A stretch of 64,000 nt of DNA from an uncultured Thiomicrospira sp. Lineage in GTDB: Bacteria; Pseudomonadota; Gammaproteobacteria; CAKMZV01. How positions within the stretch are numbered: position 1 is the first letter of the stretch; each line of letters opens with the position of its first letter. The notes beneath the pieces were generated by a model. That model was not told the DNA's origin. It did not search any database and was given only the letters and a program-made list of their open reading frames with translations. Below are positions 10,177 through 18,798 of the stretch, piece after piece. The stretch spans positions 928,001 through 992,000 of the forward strand of contig OZ239628.1 in assembly GCA_965195345.1 (NCBI GenBank), written 5' to 3'. The position numbers and the translations under genes were made by a program.

Positions 10177-11156
10177 ATGAAATGAAGTACCCTTTGTATT
10201 GGCAACAAAAATCTTGGTTGATGTGGCTATTAATGCCGTTGTCTTGGATATTTCGATTTTCAATGTTTGTCCGTAAGAAATATTGGAGTAGCAGATCGTA
10301 TAAAGCAAATTGCCCAGTAATAGTGGTTGGGAATATTAGTGTGGGCGGCACGGGGAAAACGCCTATGGTCATTGCTACGGCAAAAGCGTTGCAACAGGCG
10401 GGAAAGATTGTTGGCGTTGTTAGCCGTGGTTATGGTGGAAGATTGAGTAGCAAAACGCCTTATTTAGTACAAGCGGAAGACAGCCCGAATGATTATGGTG
10501 ATGAGCCTGTGATAATAGCGCAAACTGTTCCAGTTGTCATTTGTAAGGTGCGGGTTGAGGCAGTGCGTTTTTTAGAAAATCTAGGAGTTGATGTAATTGT
10601 CAGTGATGATGGATTACAGCACTATGCGATGCATCGGGATTTTGAAATTGCGATGGTTGACGGACTACGTGGTTTAGGTAATGGTGCTTGTTTGCCCGCT
10701 GGTCCGTTGCGTGAAATTCCGTCAAGATTGAAAAGCTGTAACCGAGTAGTTACCACACAAATAAAGACTGGTGAGTTTGCAAATGAATATTTAATGAAGT
10801 TGCAAGGCAACACTGCGGTAAACTTATTAAGTGGTGAGAAAAAGAGCTTGATTGATTTTGCAAGCGAAGGAAAAGTAAATGCTATCGCAGGCATTGGTAA
10901 TCCTGAGCGTTTTTTCCTCCATTTAAAAGAACATGGGTTGAACTGTGATTGTAAAGCATATCCTGATCATTACCGTTTTTCTTTAGAAGATATTAATAAA
11001 AGGAATGTGGTACTCATGACGGTTAAGGATAGCGTAAAATGCAAACAATTAATCAAAAATAATGCGTTAGAAGGATGTTGGGAAGTACCTGTATTTGCCA
11101 AATTGCCTGCTGATTTTTATCCAAAAGTATTCGCAGAGATTTACAAGCAAGATTAG
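10173..11156 (+). CDS. lpxK: tetraacyldisaccharide 4'-kinase
   Basis: VGNISVGGTGKTP, SRGYGG, GDEP, DDGLQHY, LPAGPLRE; start placed at the ATGA overlap with the comEC stop. Confidence 0.95.
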   Translation: MNEMKYPLYWQQKSWLMWLLMPLSWIFRFSMFVRKKYWSSRSYKANCPVIVVGNISVGGTGKTPMVIATAKALQQAGKIVGVVSRGYGGRLSSKTPYLVQAEDSPNDYGDEPVIIAQTVPVVICKVRVEAVRFLENLGVDVIVSDDGLQHYAMHRDFEIAMVDGLRGLGNGACLPAGPLREIPSRLKSCNRVVTTQIKTGEFANEYLMKLQGNTAVNLLSGEKKSLIDFASEGKVNAIAGIGNPERFFLHLKEHGLNCDCKAYPDHYRFSLEDINKRNVVLMTVKDSVKCKQLIKNNALEGCWEVPVFAKLPADFYPKVFAEIYKQD

Positions 11157-11204
11157 CACGATGTTGACTGGGTCATTGTGAAGTTAAAGTATGTTGAGGA
11201 GATT

Positions 11205-11396
11205 ATGGAATTAAAGATATTGGAATTCTTAGCTTGTCCTTTAAGTAAGGAAGGTCTTCAATGGGATGCAGATAAACAGGAGTTGATTGCTGTTAAGTCA
11301 GGCTTGGCGTATCGAGTAGATAATGACATTCCCGTTTTGCTTGTCGATGAAGCGCGTCAAATGAGTCAAGAAGAAAAGAAAAAGTGGCGAAAGTAA
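11205..11396 (+). CDS. ycaR: Trm112-family protein YcaR
   Basis: LEFLACPLSK..L, LAY.V...IPVLL.DEAR; GAGGAG RBS before ATG 11205; follows lpxK. Confidence 0.88.
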   Translation: MELKILEFLACPLSKEGLQWDADKQELIAVKSGLAYRVDNDIPVLLVDEARQMSQEEKKKWRK

Positions 11397-11402
11397 TCAA
11401 GA

Positions 11403-12314
11403 ATGAATACTATTGCTTTATACACGCATCCAGTTTTTGCAAAGCATATTTCTCAACTATCACATCCTGAAAATTCAGAACGCCTTCTCTCGATTGAATA
11501 CGCTTTAAAGAAAACACAGTTACCAATAGATTATTATCAAGCTAATCCATGCAATAGGAGTGTGCTTGAGTTAGTTCACCCTTTCGAGTATTTAGATGCT
11601 TTATTCAACGTCAAAAAACATACTCATATTGATGGGGATACGTACATGTGTGAACATACAATGGATGCGGTTTTGTATGCTTGTGGAGGATTAGTGGATG
11701 CTGCCGAGAATTTGCTTGACGGAGTTTTTGATAAAGCAATGGTGATTGCACGCCCCCCTGGGCATCATGCGGAACCGAATCAATCAATGGGGTTTTGTCT
11801 TGTAAACAATATCGCGGTGCTTGCAAAATATTTGGTTGAGAAAAAAAAGATTGATCGCCTAGCAATTATTGACTTTGATGTGCATCATGGCAATGGTACA
11901 GAGGCGGCAGTAAAGGGTGATGATCGTATATTATTTTGCTCAACGTATCAACAAGGCATTTATCCGCCAGGGACAGTGCATGGAAGGAATGAAAATATCT
12001 TAAATGTTCCACTTCAAGCTTTTATTGATGGCGATGAGTATCGCAGGATCTTTACAGATCAGGTGATGAGCGCAGTGAATGCGTTTCAACCCAATGTGAT
12101 ATTAGTGTCTGCTGGGTTTGATGCTCATAGCAGAGACCCTCTTGCTCAAATAAATTTAGAAAATGATGATTTCTATTGGTTAGGTGAACAAATTAATACA
12201 CTTTCACAGAAACTTTGTTCTGGAAGGGTTATTTCGTGTCTTGAAGGGGGATATAACTTGGAAGTTATTGGAGACAGTGTAAGCAGTTACTTGATGGGGC
12301 TTACTGCAGAATAG
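11403..12314 (+). CDS. Zn-dependent deacetylase (histone deacetylase family)
   Basis: HPE..RL, RPPGHHA, GFC, DFDVHHGNGT, SAGFDAH, LEGGY. Confidence 0.93.
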   Translation: MNTIALYTHPVFAKHISQLSHPENSERLLSIEYALKKTQLPIDYYQANPCNRSVLELVHPFEYLDALFNVKKHTHIDGDTYMCEHTMDAVLYACGGLVDAAENLLDGVFDKAMVIARPPGHHAEPNQSMGFCLVNNIAVLAKYLVEKKKIDRLAIIDFDVHHGNGTEAAVKGDDRILFCSTYQQGIYPPGTVHGRNENILNVPLQAFIDGDEYRRIFTDQVMSAVNAFQPNVILVSAGFDAHSRDPLAQINLENDDFYWLGEQINTLSQKLCSGRVISCLEGGYNLEVIGDSVSSYLMGLTAE

Positions 12315-12332
12315 AGAAGTCCTAATAATTTA

Positions 12333-12671
12333 TTACTCGCTCTTCGTATCAACCACATCAAAAAATGCTGATTCAAGCTGTGCAAGGTGAAATCCTTGTA
12401 TATTATCGTAGGGGCTGAATAAAGTAATTGCTCCTTTGATTGAATCTGAGTCATTCTGTAATTGTTGTTCATATTTGAAATTCAATAATCCAACACTTAA
12501 AACAACGGTTGCAGCTAAACCTGTAAACCAATAGAGTCCTTTATTTTTCCTCTCGAACCGACCATCACCAACTGTAGCCGAAGAACTTTTTACGGCAGTA
12601 ATAATAATTTTAGATTCAAACCCTGAGGATGAATTAGGGACTTCAAGCTGTGGCAGATTGCATTCTTTCAT
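12333..12671 (-). CDS. putative single-TM anti-sigma factor
   Basis: Overlaps the 3' end of the ECF sigma gene; one hydrophobic segment (LYWFTGLAATVVLSVGLL) after a basic stretch. Confidence 0.55.
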   Translation of the reverse strand: MKECNLPQLEVPNSSSGFESKIIITAVKSSSATVGDGRFERKNKGLYWFTGLAATVVLSVGLLNFKYEQQLQNDSDSIKGAITLFSPYDNIQGFHLAQLESAFFDVVDTKSE

Positions 12672-13212
12672 GAATTTTCCTTAGGTCTTTACGAGCTCTT
12701 GCAACAAGAGATTCAATTGCTTTTGGGGTGGTGTCCATTATTTCCGCTACCTGTTTATGACTCATTTCTTCATAGTAATAGAGATTTATAGCAGTCTGTG
12801 CTCTTTCATCAAGAGATTTAATTGACTCTTGCAGTAAATACTGTTGTTCATCCCTGAGTCGAGTTGCTTCAGGCTCAAAGGCAATAGAAGGTACGTCTTC
12901 ACCTGCTTCTATACGTTCTTCATACGAAGAAGTTTGTGCTTTACGCTTTTGTTTTCGCAAATAGTCTATACAACGATTAACAACAACACGATACAGCCAT
13001 GTCTCAAATTTACAACCTTTGCCCGATTGCCATGAAAGAGGCTTTCTCCAAATTGTCAACATCACTTCTTGAACAATATCTTCGGCTATTTGAATGTCAA
13101 ATACTTGTCGCCAAGCAATGCGATAGCAAGATTGAGAATAAATATTAACAAGTGAAGCAAAAGCGACTTCATCGCCCTCGGCTATTTGATTGAGTAGTAG
13201 TTGCGAGTCCAT
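12643..13212 (-). CDS. ECF RNA polymerase sigma-70 factor
   Basis: GDEVAF, AEDIVQEV, F.TWLYRV..NRCIDYLRK (region 2); MS.KQVAEIM.TT..A.ES..ARAR (region 4). Confidence 0.93.
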   Translation of the reverse strand: MDSQLLLNQIAEGDEVAFASLVNIYSQSCYRIAWRQVFDIQIAEDIVQEVMLTIWRKPLSWQSGKGCKFETWLYRVVVNRCIDYLRKQKRKAQTSSYEERIEAGEDVPSIAFEPEATRLRDEQQYLLQESIKSLDERAQTAINLYYYEEMSHKQVAEIMDTTPKAIESLVARARKDLRKIHERMQSATA

Positions 13213-13217
13213 TTTAT

Positions 13218-13715
13218 TTATTTAATATATTTAAAATCAAATTTCACAAATTCTTTTGGAGTAATGCAAGTGTCGTTATCGTCATCCATCTTACTAAAGA
13301 CACTGTACTTATGAAAAACGTTCATTTCGCTCTTTGAAATTTTTTTGTCTTGATTTACATCAGCCATCATAAACTGTTGTTCTCGCAAAGTAGTGTACTC
13401 ATTTACAGTAATACGTCCATCTTTGTCAAAATCCCCTAAGTTACTCATTGATTCGCTCTTCATGATGTATTTTCCAACGTCATTGTTTGTCATTTCTTGA
13501 GCACTCATTATTCCATCTTTATTAGAGTCAATGTGATCAAATATTTTTTTAGTGATCATTCCATGCTCGTTTATGCTTATAAATCCATCGTTGTTAATGT
13601 CTAATTTATCAAAAAAAATTGGGTTACTTGCAAAAGAAAATCCAGAGTGCATCAAAAATGCATACAAAAAGAGGCTTTTCATGCCTTGTGTAAGGAGTTT
13701 TATCAATTTTTCCAT
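13218..13715 (-). CDS. secreted multi-EF-hand calcium-binding protein
   Basis: Signal peptide (alternative start 13682, ...SGFSFA); five loops DINNDGFISINE, DSNKDGIMSAQE, DFDKDGRITVNE, DVNQDKKISKSE, DDDNDTCITPKE. Confidence 0.88.
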   Translation of the reverse strand: MEKLIKLLTQGMKSLFLYAFLMHSGFSFASNPIFFDKLDINNDGFISINEHGMITKKIFDHIDSNKDGIMSAQEMTNNDVGKYIMKSESMSNLGDFDKDGRITVNEYTTLREQQFMMADVNQDKKISKSEMNVFHKYSVFSKMDDDNDTCITPKEFVKFDFKYIK

Positions 13716-13902
13716 ATCATAAAAATACGATTGACTTTACTAATTCCCGCTTATCTTTAGTGAAATTAAGTAGTTTACATCTAATTCTTTAAATAGTAAT
13801 TATAGTTTCTTAATAGCCATATTGGTGGATTTACTTAGTATTTTGCAAATTATTTTGATAAAAATCTTGAATGTGAACAGCATAACAATTGATTTTTCAT
13901 GG

Positions 13903-13938
13903 TTGACACTGCGCTTTGTAAAGGTATAATACCGCCCC
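13903..13938 (+). promoter_or_regulatory. sigma70 stable-RNA promoter of the tRNA operon
   Basis: TTGACA (13903-13908), 16-bp spacer, TATAAT (13925-13930), GC-rich discriminator ACCGCCCC. Confidence 0.88.
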
Positions 13939-13969
13939 ATCGGTATGGGCTTGATGTCTACTAAACCAA

Positions 13970-14045
<76 letters not shown>

Positions 14046-14082
14046 ATACATACCGGTTTTTAAGACATCGTGTCTTAAGCTA

Positions 14083-14158
14083 GTCCCCTTCGTCTAGTGG
14101 CCTAGGACTCCGCCCTTTCACGGCGGCAACAGGGGTTCGAGTCCCCTAGGGGACGCCA
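14083..14158 (+). tRNA. tRNA-Glu(TTC)
   Basis: GTCCCCTTCGTCTAG...CCGCC-CT-TTC-AC-GGCGG...GGGGACGCCA, 76 nt. Confidence 0.97.
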
Positions 14159-14184
14159 TTCTTATGTGGTGACTTTGCTCGTTT

Positions 14185-14260
14185 GCGGGAATAGCTCAGT
14201 TGGTAGAGCGCAACCTTGCCAAGGTTGAGGTCGCCGGTTCGAACCCGGTTTCCCGCTCCA
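14185..14260 (+). tRNA. tRNA-Gly(GCC)
   Basis: GCGGGAATAGCTCAG...CAACC-TT-GCC-AA-GGTTG...TTCCCGCTCCA, 76 nt. Confidence 0.97.
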
Positions 14261-14284
14261 CGAAAAATCCTTTAAAAGCACAGT

Positions 14285-14908
14285 GAGCAATTTCGAAAAA
14301 TTTACAATCAAACGCAAGAGGAATTTTGTGATACTGTGGGGATAAAAGTGGGAACTCTACGAGGAATTGAGAATGCCCGCAACGCTCCAGGGTTAGATAT
14401 TATTGAGAAAATTTGTTCTACCTTTCCTGATAAAACTACTTGGATTATGACGGGTCAAGGTGCGCTACCAACTCTAAGCAATTCTGATAATGCTATTCAT
14501 CTTGGCTTTTATGATTTATCAGCATCAATGGGAAAAGGGGAAGCAATATTTGAACAACCAACTGAAGAAAGTTTAACAGTAACAGAGGAATCGCTCGGGT
14601 TGAAACTCGGTATTCAGCACTACAAAGACGATAACCTTTTTCTATTTACCGTTGCTGGTGATAGTATGCAACCGAAAGTAGGACCCGACGATATTTGCCT
14701 TGCAAAGCGCAGTGAAGTTAAAGAAGAAGACGGGATTTATCTTTTGGACACACCCGATGGCATCATGTGTAAACGCCTCATTAGACAAGGCGATAAAGTG
14801 ATTGTGCGCTCCGATAATAAGAAGTATGGCGACTGGACACCCGACGACCCCGCCGAGATCATCATCCGCGCCCGCGTCATCAGCATCCTTAAACAAATAC
14901 GAGTTTAG
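14285..14908 (+). pseudogene. phage CI/LexA-like repressor (Xre HTH + S24 peptidase), 5'-clipped
   Basis: Frame stays open upstream of GTG 14336 (EQFRKIYNQTQEEFCDTVGIKVGTLRGIEN = Xre HTH) back to TAA at 14273 with no ATG/GTG/TTG start; GDSMQP serine and CKRL lysine dyad; ASMG at the cleavage-loop position. A shortened product from GTG 14336 is possible. Confidence 0.75.
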
Positions 14909-14910
14909 AT

Positions 14911-15135
14911 ATGTTTGATTTTAAAATTTCAGATACTGGTTGGACGGTATTGTGGCTTCCATTGATTATTTGTGCAATGACACTTGTATTTTTCATTGAT
15001 AAATGGGATGGACACATCCACAGCCAAGAGGGGTGTAATCAGCTTCAAAAAGTAGAGGAAAAAGTCTATATGGTTAATACGTGTACAGGGAAATATAAAT
15101 TAATCAAACAAGAAAATAGCAAACTCAAAGAATAA
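14911..15135 (+). CDS. small membrane protein of unknown function (prophage accessory)
   Basis: ATG 2 nt after the repressor stop; N-terminal TM helix; short soluble part with two Cys. Confidence 0.6.
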   Translation: MFDFKISDTGWTVLWLPLIICAMTLVFFIDKWDGHIHSQEGCNQLQKVEEKVYMVNTCTGKYKLIKQENSKLKE

Positions 15136-15181
15136 CGGCAAACTAAGCCACCACCACTAACCACAAACAAATAACCTATTT

Positions 15182-15799
15182 TTATTCCAAATCAAATTTT
15201 TCGTATATTAATTTGAATGTATTATGTAAATTTGGCTCCTTTCTTGCCTCTACAGCTTTCATAGGACACTTGAGTTTTTCAGAAATTCTTTCATTGCTAA
15301 GCGAATTCCATTCAGTGCTCTCAACAAAATAATGAGGAATTAATATCTCAAGTGCAATGTAAAAAGCACATATTTCTGACATGCTAATATTACGTGTTCT
15401 ACTGCATTCATCTTTAAAAAAATTTGTATTTAATATTTCTTCAGAAATATTTTTCAAACCGTCTGGCTCTTTTTCTCTAAGGTTTGGAATAACCCTGTTT
15501 AATAATAGGTGAGAGAGTTCTTTTGCCACATAAAGTCGTCTCCAGCAGTAATTTACGTTTTCGCTTACATAGATATGAGCGGTTTCAGTTCTCTCTATTA
15601 AAACCGCTCCAAAGTGTACAGAATGTCCGCCATCGTTTTTAATTTGTATTTTTTTGTTAATTTCTATCTCAGTAGCAAGTTTGAAATGATTATTTAAAGA
15701 AATAGGGGTATTAGAATCACATTTTTTTAAAAGAAGGAGGCACTTTTTTACTCCAACTTCTAAATAGCGGGAAAAATTAGGATGTTGAGTTATTTTCAT
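15182..15799 (-). CDS. IrrE/ImmA-like metallopeptidase-fold protein with KELxH variant motif
   Basis: AHIYVSENVNYCWRRLYVAKELSHLLL, E..A...A.EILIP, C-terminal HTH-like ISEKLKCPMKAVEARK; start ATG 15799 or TTG 15808. Confidence 0.65.
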   Translation of the reverse strand: MKITQHPNFSRYLEVGVKKCLLLLKKCDSNTPISLNNHFKLATEIEINKKIQIKNDGGHSVHFGAVLIERTETAHIYVSENVNYCWRRLYVAKELSHLLLNRVIPNLREKEPDGLKNISEEILNTNFFKDECSRTRNISMSEICAFYIALEILIPHYFVESTEWNSLSNERISEKLKCPMKAVEARKEPNLHNTFKLIYEKFDLE

Positions 15800-15806
15800 T
15801 TTAGAC

Positions 15807-15836
15807 AAAAAAAAACCATTCGTTAGAATGGTTTTT
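15807..15836 (-). terminator. intrinsic terminator/attenuator between the 58-aa ORF and the IrrE-like gene
   Basis: Minus strand AAAAACCATTC-TAAC-GAATGG followed by T9. Confidence 0.65.
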
Positions 15837-15852
15837 ATTAGATATTTTAATT

Positions 15853-16029
15853 TTACCCTTCAAATTCTGTTAAGGCTCCAGCCTTATCTGCTTCTACAAC
15901 ATTATTGATTTCTTTGAACAAGTCGTCAGCAGTATATTCGGTATTTGCAATAGCAAACTTAACATCGACCAGATTAGGATCATTTAAAAAAGGGTATTTT
16001 TCTTTCATATCGTCATTGTAACTAGACAT
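15853..16029 (-). CDS. 58-aa acidic protein of unknown function (below ORF-track cutoff)
   Basis: AGGAGG RBS before the ATG; MSSYNDDMKEKYPFLNDPNLVDVKFAIANTEYTADDLFKEINNVVEADKAGALTEFEG*. Confidence 0.75.
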   Translation of the reverse strand: MSSYNDDMKEKYPFLNDPNLVDVKFAIANTEYTADDLFKEINNVVEADKAGALTEFEG

Positions 16030-16303
16030 TATCCGCCCTCCTGTTTATATGTATGTAAAGTGTGGTAAATTGTGTGATTTTTAGTATAACTGAAAAGTGC
16101 GCGGATTGTACAACAAAGTTACCTCGAATACATTGTGTTGTAGTAATTAAAAGCAATTTATACCAAAATCAAACCATTTAACGTAGTATTGAAAAATAGG
16201 TAAGTAACTTTAAATACGCACCATTTTGGTAAACCCTGCCTTCTTTAGCGCATTTTTAGCACACCACCTTTAGAAAGCCTTTACTAATATGGTTATTCTG
16301 CCA

Positions 16304-16349
16304 TTGCCAAGGTTGAGGTCGCCGGTTCGAACCCGGTTTCCCGCTCCAC
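16304..16349 (+). repeat. attR: duplicated 3' half of tRNA-Gly
   Basis: TTGCCAAGGTTGAGGTCGCCGGTTCGAACCCGGTTTCCCGCTCCAC, identical to 14216-14261. Confidence 0.95.
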
Positions 16350-16474
16350 TATAAAAGTATTACATTCTGTTTATTTTCCGTCGTATTCCTATAGAAAGTT
16401 ATTTTTTATCATGCTGAGAAATATTATTTCTGGTGATATTTATTGTTTGTAAGTCGAAATTAAATGATATGTAT

Positions 16475-17686
16475 CTATGTATGCAAAGGTAAAAATTTCT
16501 TTTGCCATTTAATGCAACGCTGCGCATCGCGCTCTTCATATTCTTGAAGGGCGGATGGAAGATCCAGTTCAAAAGCACTTTCACAATCTTCGCCCAAGGC
16601 TGTCAGAAGCATGGTGTACCAAGCGGTTACTCCACCTGGCAGGGTGGATTCAAATTTTGGAAATTTAGGATCGCCCCCTATATCACTTAACCAAGTATTC
16701 GCGAGTTGGTGATTAAGCGCCATACCACGCGCCAAGCCGACCATGTCGACAGCGCCACTAGTTAGTGCTTCAATTGCTTGGTCACGTCTTTTGAATCCGC
16801 CTGTTAGCATTAACGGTACATTGGTTGCCTTTTTTGCGAGTTTAGCAAAGTCAAGAAAATACACTCTATCATTTGAACTATCAGAGCTTGACTTTGCTCC
16901 AGGAAAATATGTCCCTCCGCTGATATCAATCAGATCAATTGAGCTTTGATCGAGTAAGGACACTACTTTCAATGCATCAACTTCCGTCAGTCCACCTTCC
17001 AGTTGATCCGTGGAGTTGATTCTTATTCCGATTGGAAATGAAGAACCAACAGCACGCCTAACTTCGTTTATTATTTCAAGGACTATACGAAACCGTGCTT
17101 CAATTGAGCCACCGTAACAATCATTTCGACGGTTAAACAATGGGGAGATAAATTGACTTAGTAAAAATCCATGCCCTGCATGAATATGAACACCACTAAA
17201 ACCTACAGTCTTTGCGTGTAAAGCGGTTTTTGCATACATACTGGGTAGTTCGCGAATCTCTTCAATAGACATGCCCGCACATTGGAGACCTTCAAGGTCA
17301 AGCGCAGACGGTCCTTTTGGCTGACTAATCGGCAAGTGTGAAAGGGCTCCAGCATGGCCAATTTGTGCCCACAGGTGAGCCGCTTCAATCATTGCCCGAC
17401 TGGTGAGTAACTTTAGTGCTTTTCTATTGGAGTGTTCTCCTAATACCAAATTCCCCGGTTTCTCAGGAAAGCGATGATCTCCTTGTACTTCACCGATGAA
17501 AGACACAGAGACCCCGCCTTCTGCCCATCGTTCGTAAAGCCGAATTTGCGCCTCAGTGGGATTACCTTCGCCATCAGCAAGCGAGTCCGACATTGACGAC
17601 TTGGCGAGTCGGTTCTTTAGGACAGCTCCACAAGGAAGTTCTAATTTTTTTTGAAGGATGTATGTTGAATCTAAATTTTTAATCAT
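16475..17686 (-). CDS. NADH:flavin oxidoreductase (old yellow enzyme family)
   Basis: LKNRLAKS.MS, QIGHAG, HAGHGFLLSQF.SP..NRR.D.YGGS.E.R.R, ISGG, TGGF. Confidence 0.92.
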   Translation of the reverse strand: MIKNLDSTYILQKKLELPCGAVLKNRLAKSSMSDSLADGEGNPTEAQIRLYERWAEGGVSVSFIGEVQGDHRFPEKPGNLVLGEHSNRKALKLLTSRAMIEAAHLWAQIGHAGALSHLPISQPKGPSALDLEGLQCAGMSIEEIRELPSMYAKTALHAKTVGFSGVHIHAGHGFLLSQFISPLFNRRNDCYGGSIEARFRIVLEIINEVRRAVGSSFPIGIRINSTDQLEGGLTEVDALKVVSLLDQSSIDLIDISGGTYFPGAKSSSDSSNDRVYFLDFAKLAKKATNVPLMLTGGFKRRDQAIEALTSGAVDMVGLARGMALNHQLANTWLSDIGGDPKFPKFESTLPGGVTAWYTMLLTALGEDCESAFELDLPSALQEYEERDAQRCIKWQKKFLPLHT

Positions 17687-17829
17687 AAATAGTTGCAGTT
17701 ATAAATTTCAATAAAGTAGTTATTTAGAAGGAAAAATCACAGGTGAGATTCACATTTTAGTCTTTCTATTGTGTTTTTAGTGACGCACCTCATACACGTA
17801 ATATTGACACATCAATAAGCGGATGAAGA

Positions 17830-18447
17830 TTAATCTTTCTGTACTTTATTAACGAATGATGCCATTTTTTCATGAGACTTCACTCCTGGCGCAGTTTCTA
17901 TACTACTGCTGACATCAATACCCCAAATCATTGGATTTTCCAAAATGGAAACAACGTTGGTATCGTTTAATCCTCCAGCGAGGATGATGGGTTTTTCAGA
18001 TTCTTTAGGGATCAGTTTCCAATCGAATAAAGTTCCAGTACCACCGTAATAGGATTCATGAAAAGCATCAATTAAGATTCCCCTAGCCAAACTGTCATTC
18101 CATATATCTAAATCTTTTGCTAATGTTGCTTGACTCTCCACTCTGATTGCTTTCATAAAAGGGCGATCAATTTTTTTAGAATCCTCTAGTGTTTCATCTC
18201 CGTGTATTTGCACCATATCAAGTTTGCATGTGGCAGAGATTTTATTGATAGTGTCTGTCGGAGCATTAACAAATAAACCGACGGTCGTTATAAAAGGAGG
18301 AATCTTTTGAATAATTTTGGTGGCTTCTTGGGGTTCAATATAGCGTTTGCTGTTGTTGTAGAAAACGAAACCAAGTGCGTCTATTCCCAATGAACATGCA
18401 AATTGTGCGTCTTCTATGCGCGTTATGCCACAAATTTTAATTTTCAT
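17830..18447 (-). CDS. trpF: phosphoribosylanthranilate isomerase
   Basis: KIKICGITR, GLFVN, QIHGDE, GGTG..FDW, LAGGL, DVSS.IE..PG.K. Confidence 0.96.
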   Translation of the reverse strand: MKIKICGITRIEDAQFACSLGIDALGFVFYNNSKRYIEPQEATKIIQKIPPFITTVGLFVNAPTDTINKISATCKLDMVQIHGDETLEDSKKIDRPFMKAIRVESQATLAKDLDIWNDSLARGILIDAFHESYYGGTGTLFDWKLIPKESEKPIILAGGLNDTNVVSILENPMIWGIDVSSSIETAPGVKSHEKMASFVNKVQKD

Positions 18448-18450
18448 TTA

Positions 18451-18564
18451 TCGATACTTTAAAGGAGAGGTATTTTGCATTTTTCAGGATATTTTACAGC
18501 AGATATATATAACTCGTTGGCTGCTGCTGTTTTAGCTACTTTAGAACGTCCTTTTAAATGCAAT
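18451..18564 (-). pseudogene. decayed duplicate of the truA 3' end
   Basis: Aligns by eye to ~20689-20826 (e.g. TTTTTCAGGATAT..TACAG, GTTTTAGCT.CTTTAGA, CTTTTAAATGCAAT) with an internal deletion. Confidence 0.8.
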
Positions 18565-18798
18565 GCTTTTTAAGTATCGATTTTGAATGATATTTATTGT
18601 CCCTACAGCCCTCGAAACCTTAAAGAGCAATGAGGACTATTTTTCTCTTCTGTTTCAACCAGCCGTATAACTTTCAGAATTTAAACGACTGGTGATAAAC
18701 TTTTTTACTACGCAGACTCTTGCTTCATAAAATCACTCTAACTACTACAAGAAGTCCACGAGACAAGAATCAATCATAAATAGAGCATTTATTTAAGA

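Larger units (their letters stand above)
14216..16349. mobile_element. degenerate prophage/genomic island remnant integrated at tRNA-Gly(GCC); no integrase
   Basis: Identical 46-bp direct repeats 14216-14261 and 16304-16349; cargo includes a CI-like S24 repressor and an IrrE-like protein. Confidence 0.85.

Noticed and set aside
13218-13715. Lanmodulin (lanthanide-binding) assignment for the EF-hand protein
   Set aside because: The loops lack the position-2 proline characteristic of lanmodulin
14060-14078. Hairpin TTAAGACA-TCG-TGTCTTAA between tRNA-Ala and tRNA-Glu
   Set aside because: AT-rich stem without a U-tract; an ordinary spacer structure in a tRNA precursor
16304-16349. Second tRNA-Gly gene
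   Set aside because: Only the 3' half is present, with no acceptor 5' strand or D arm; it is the att repeat
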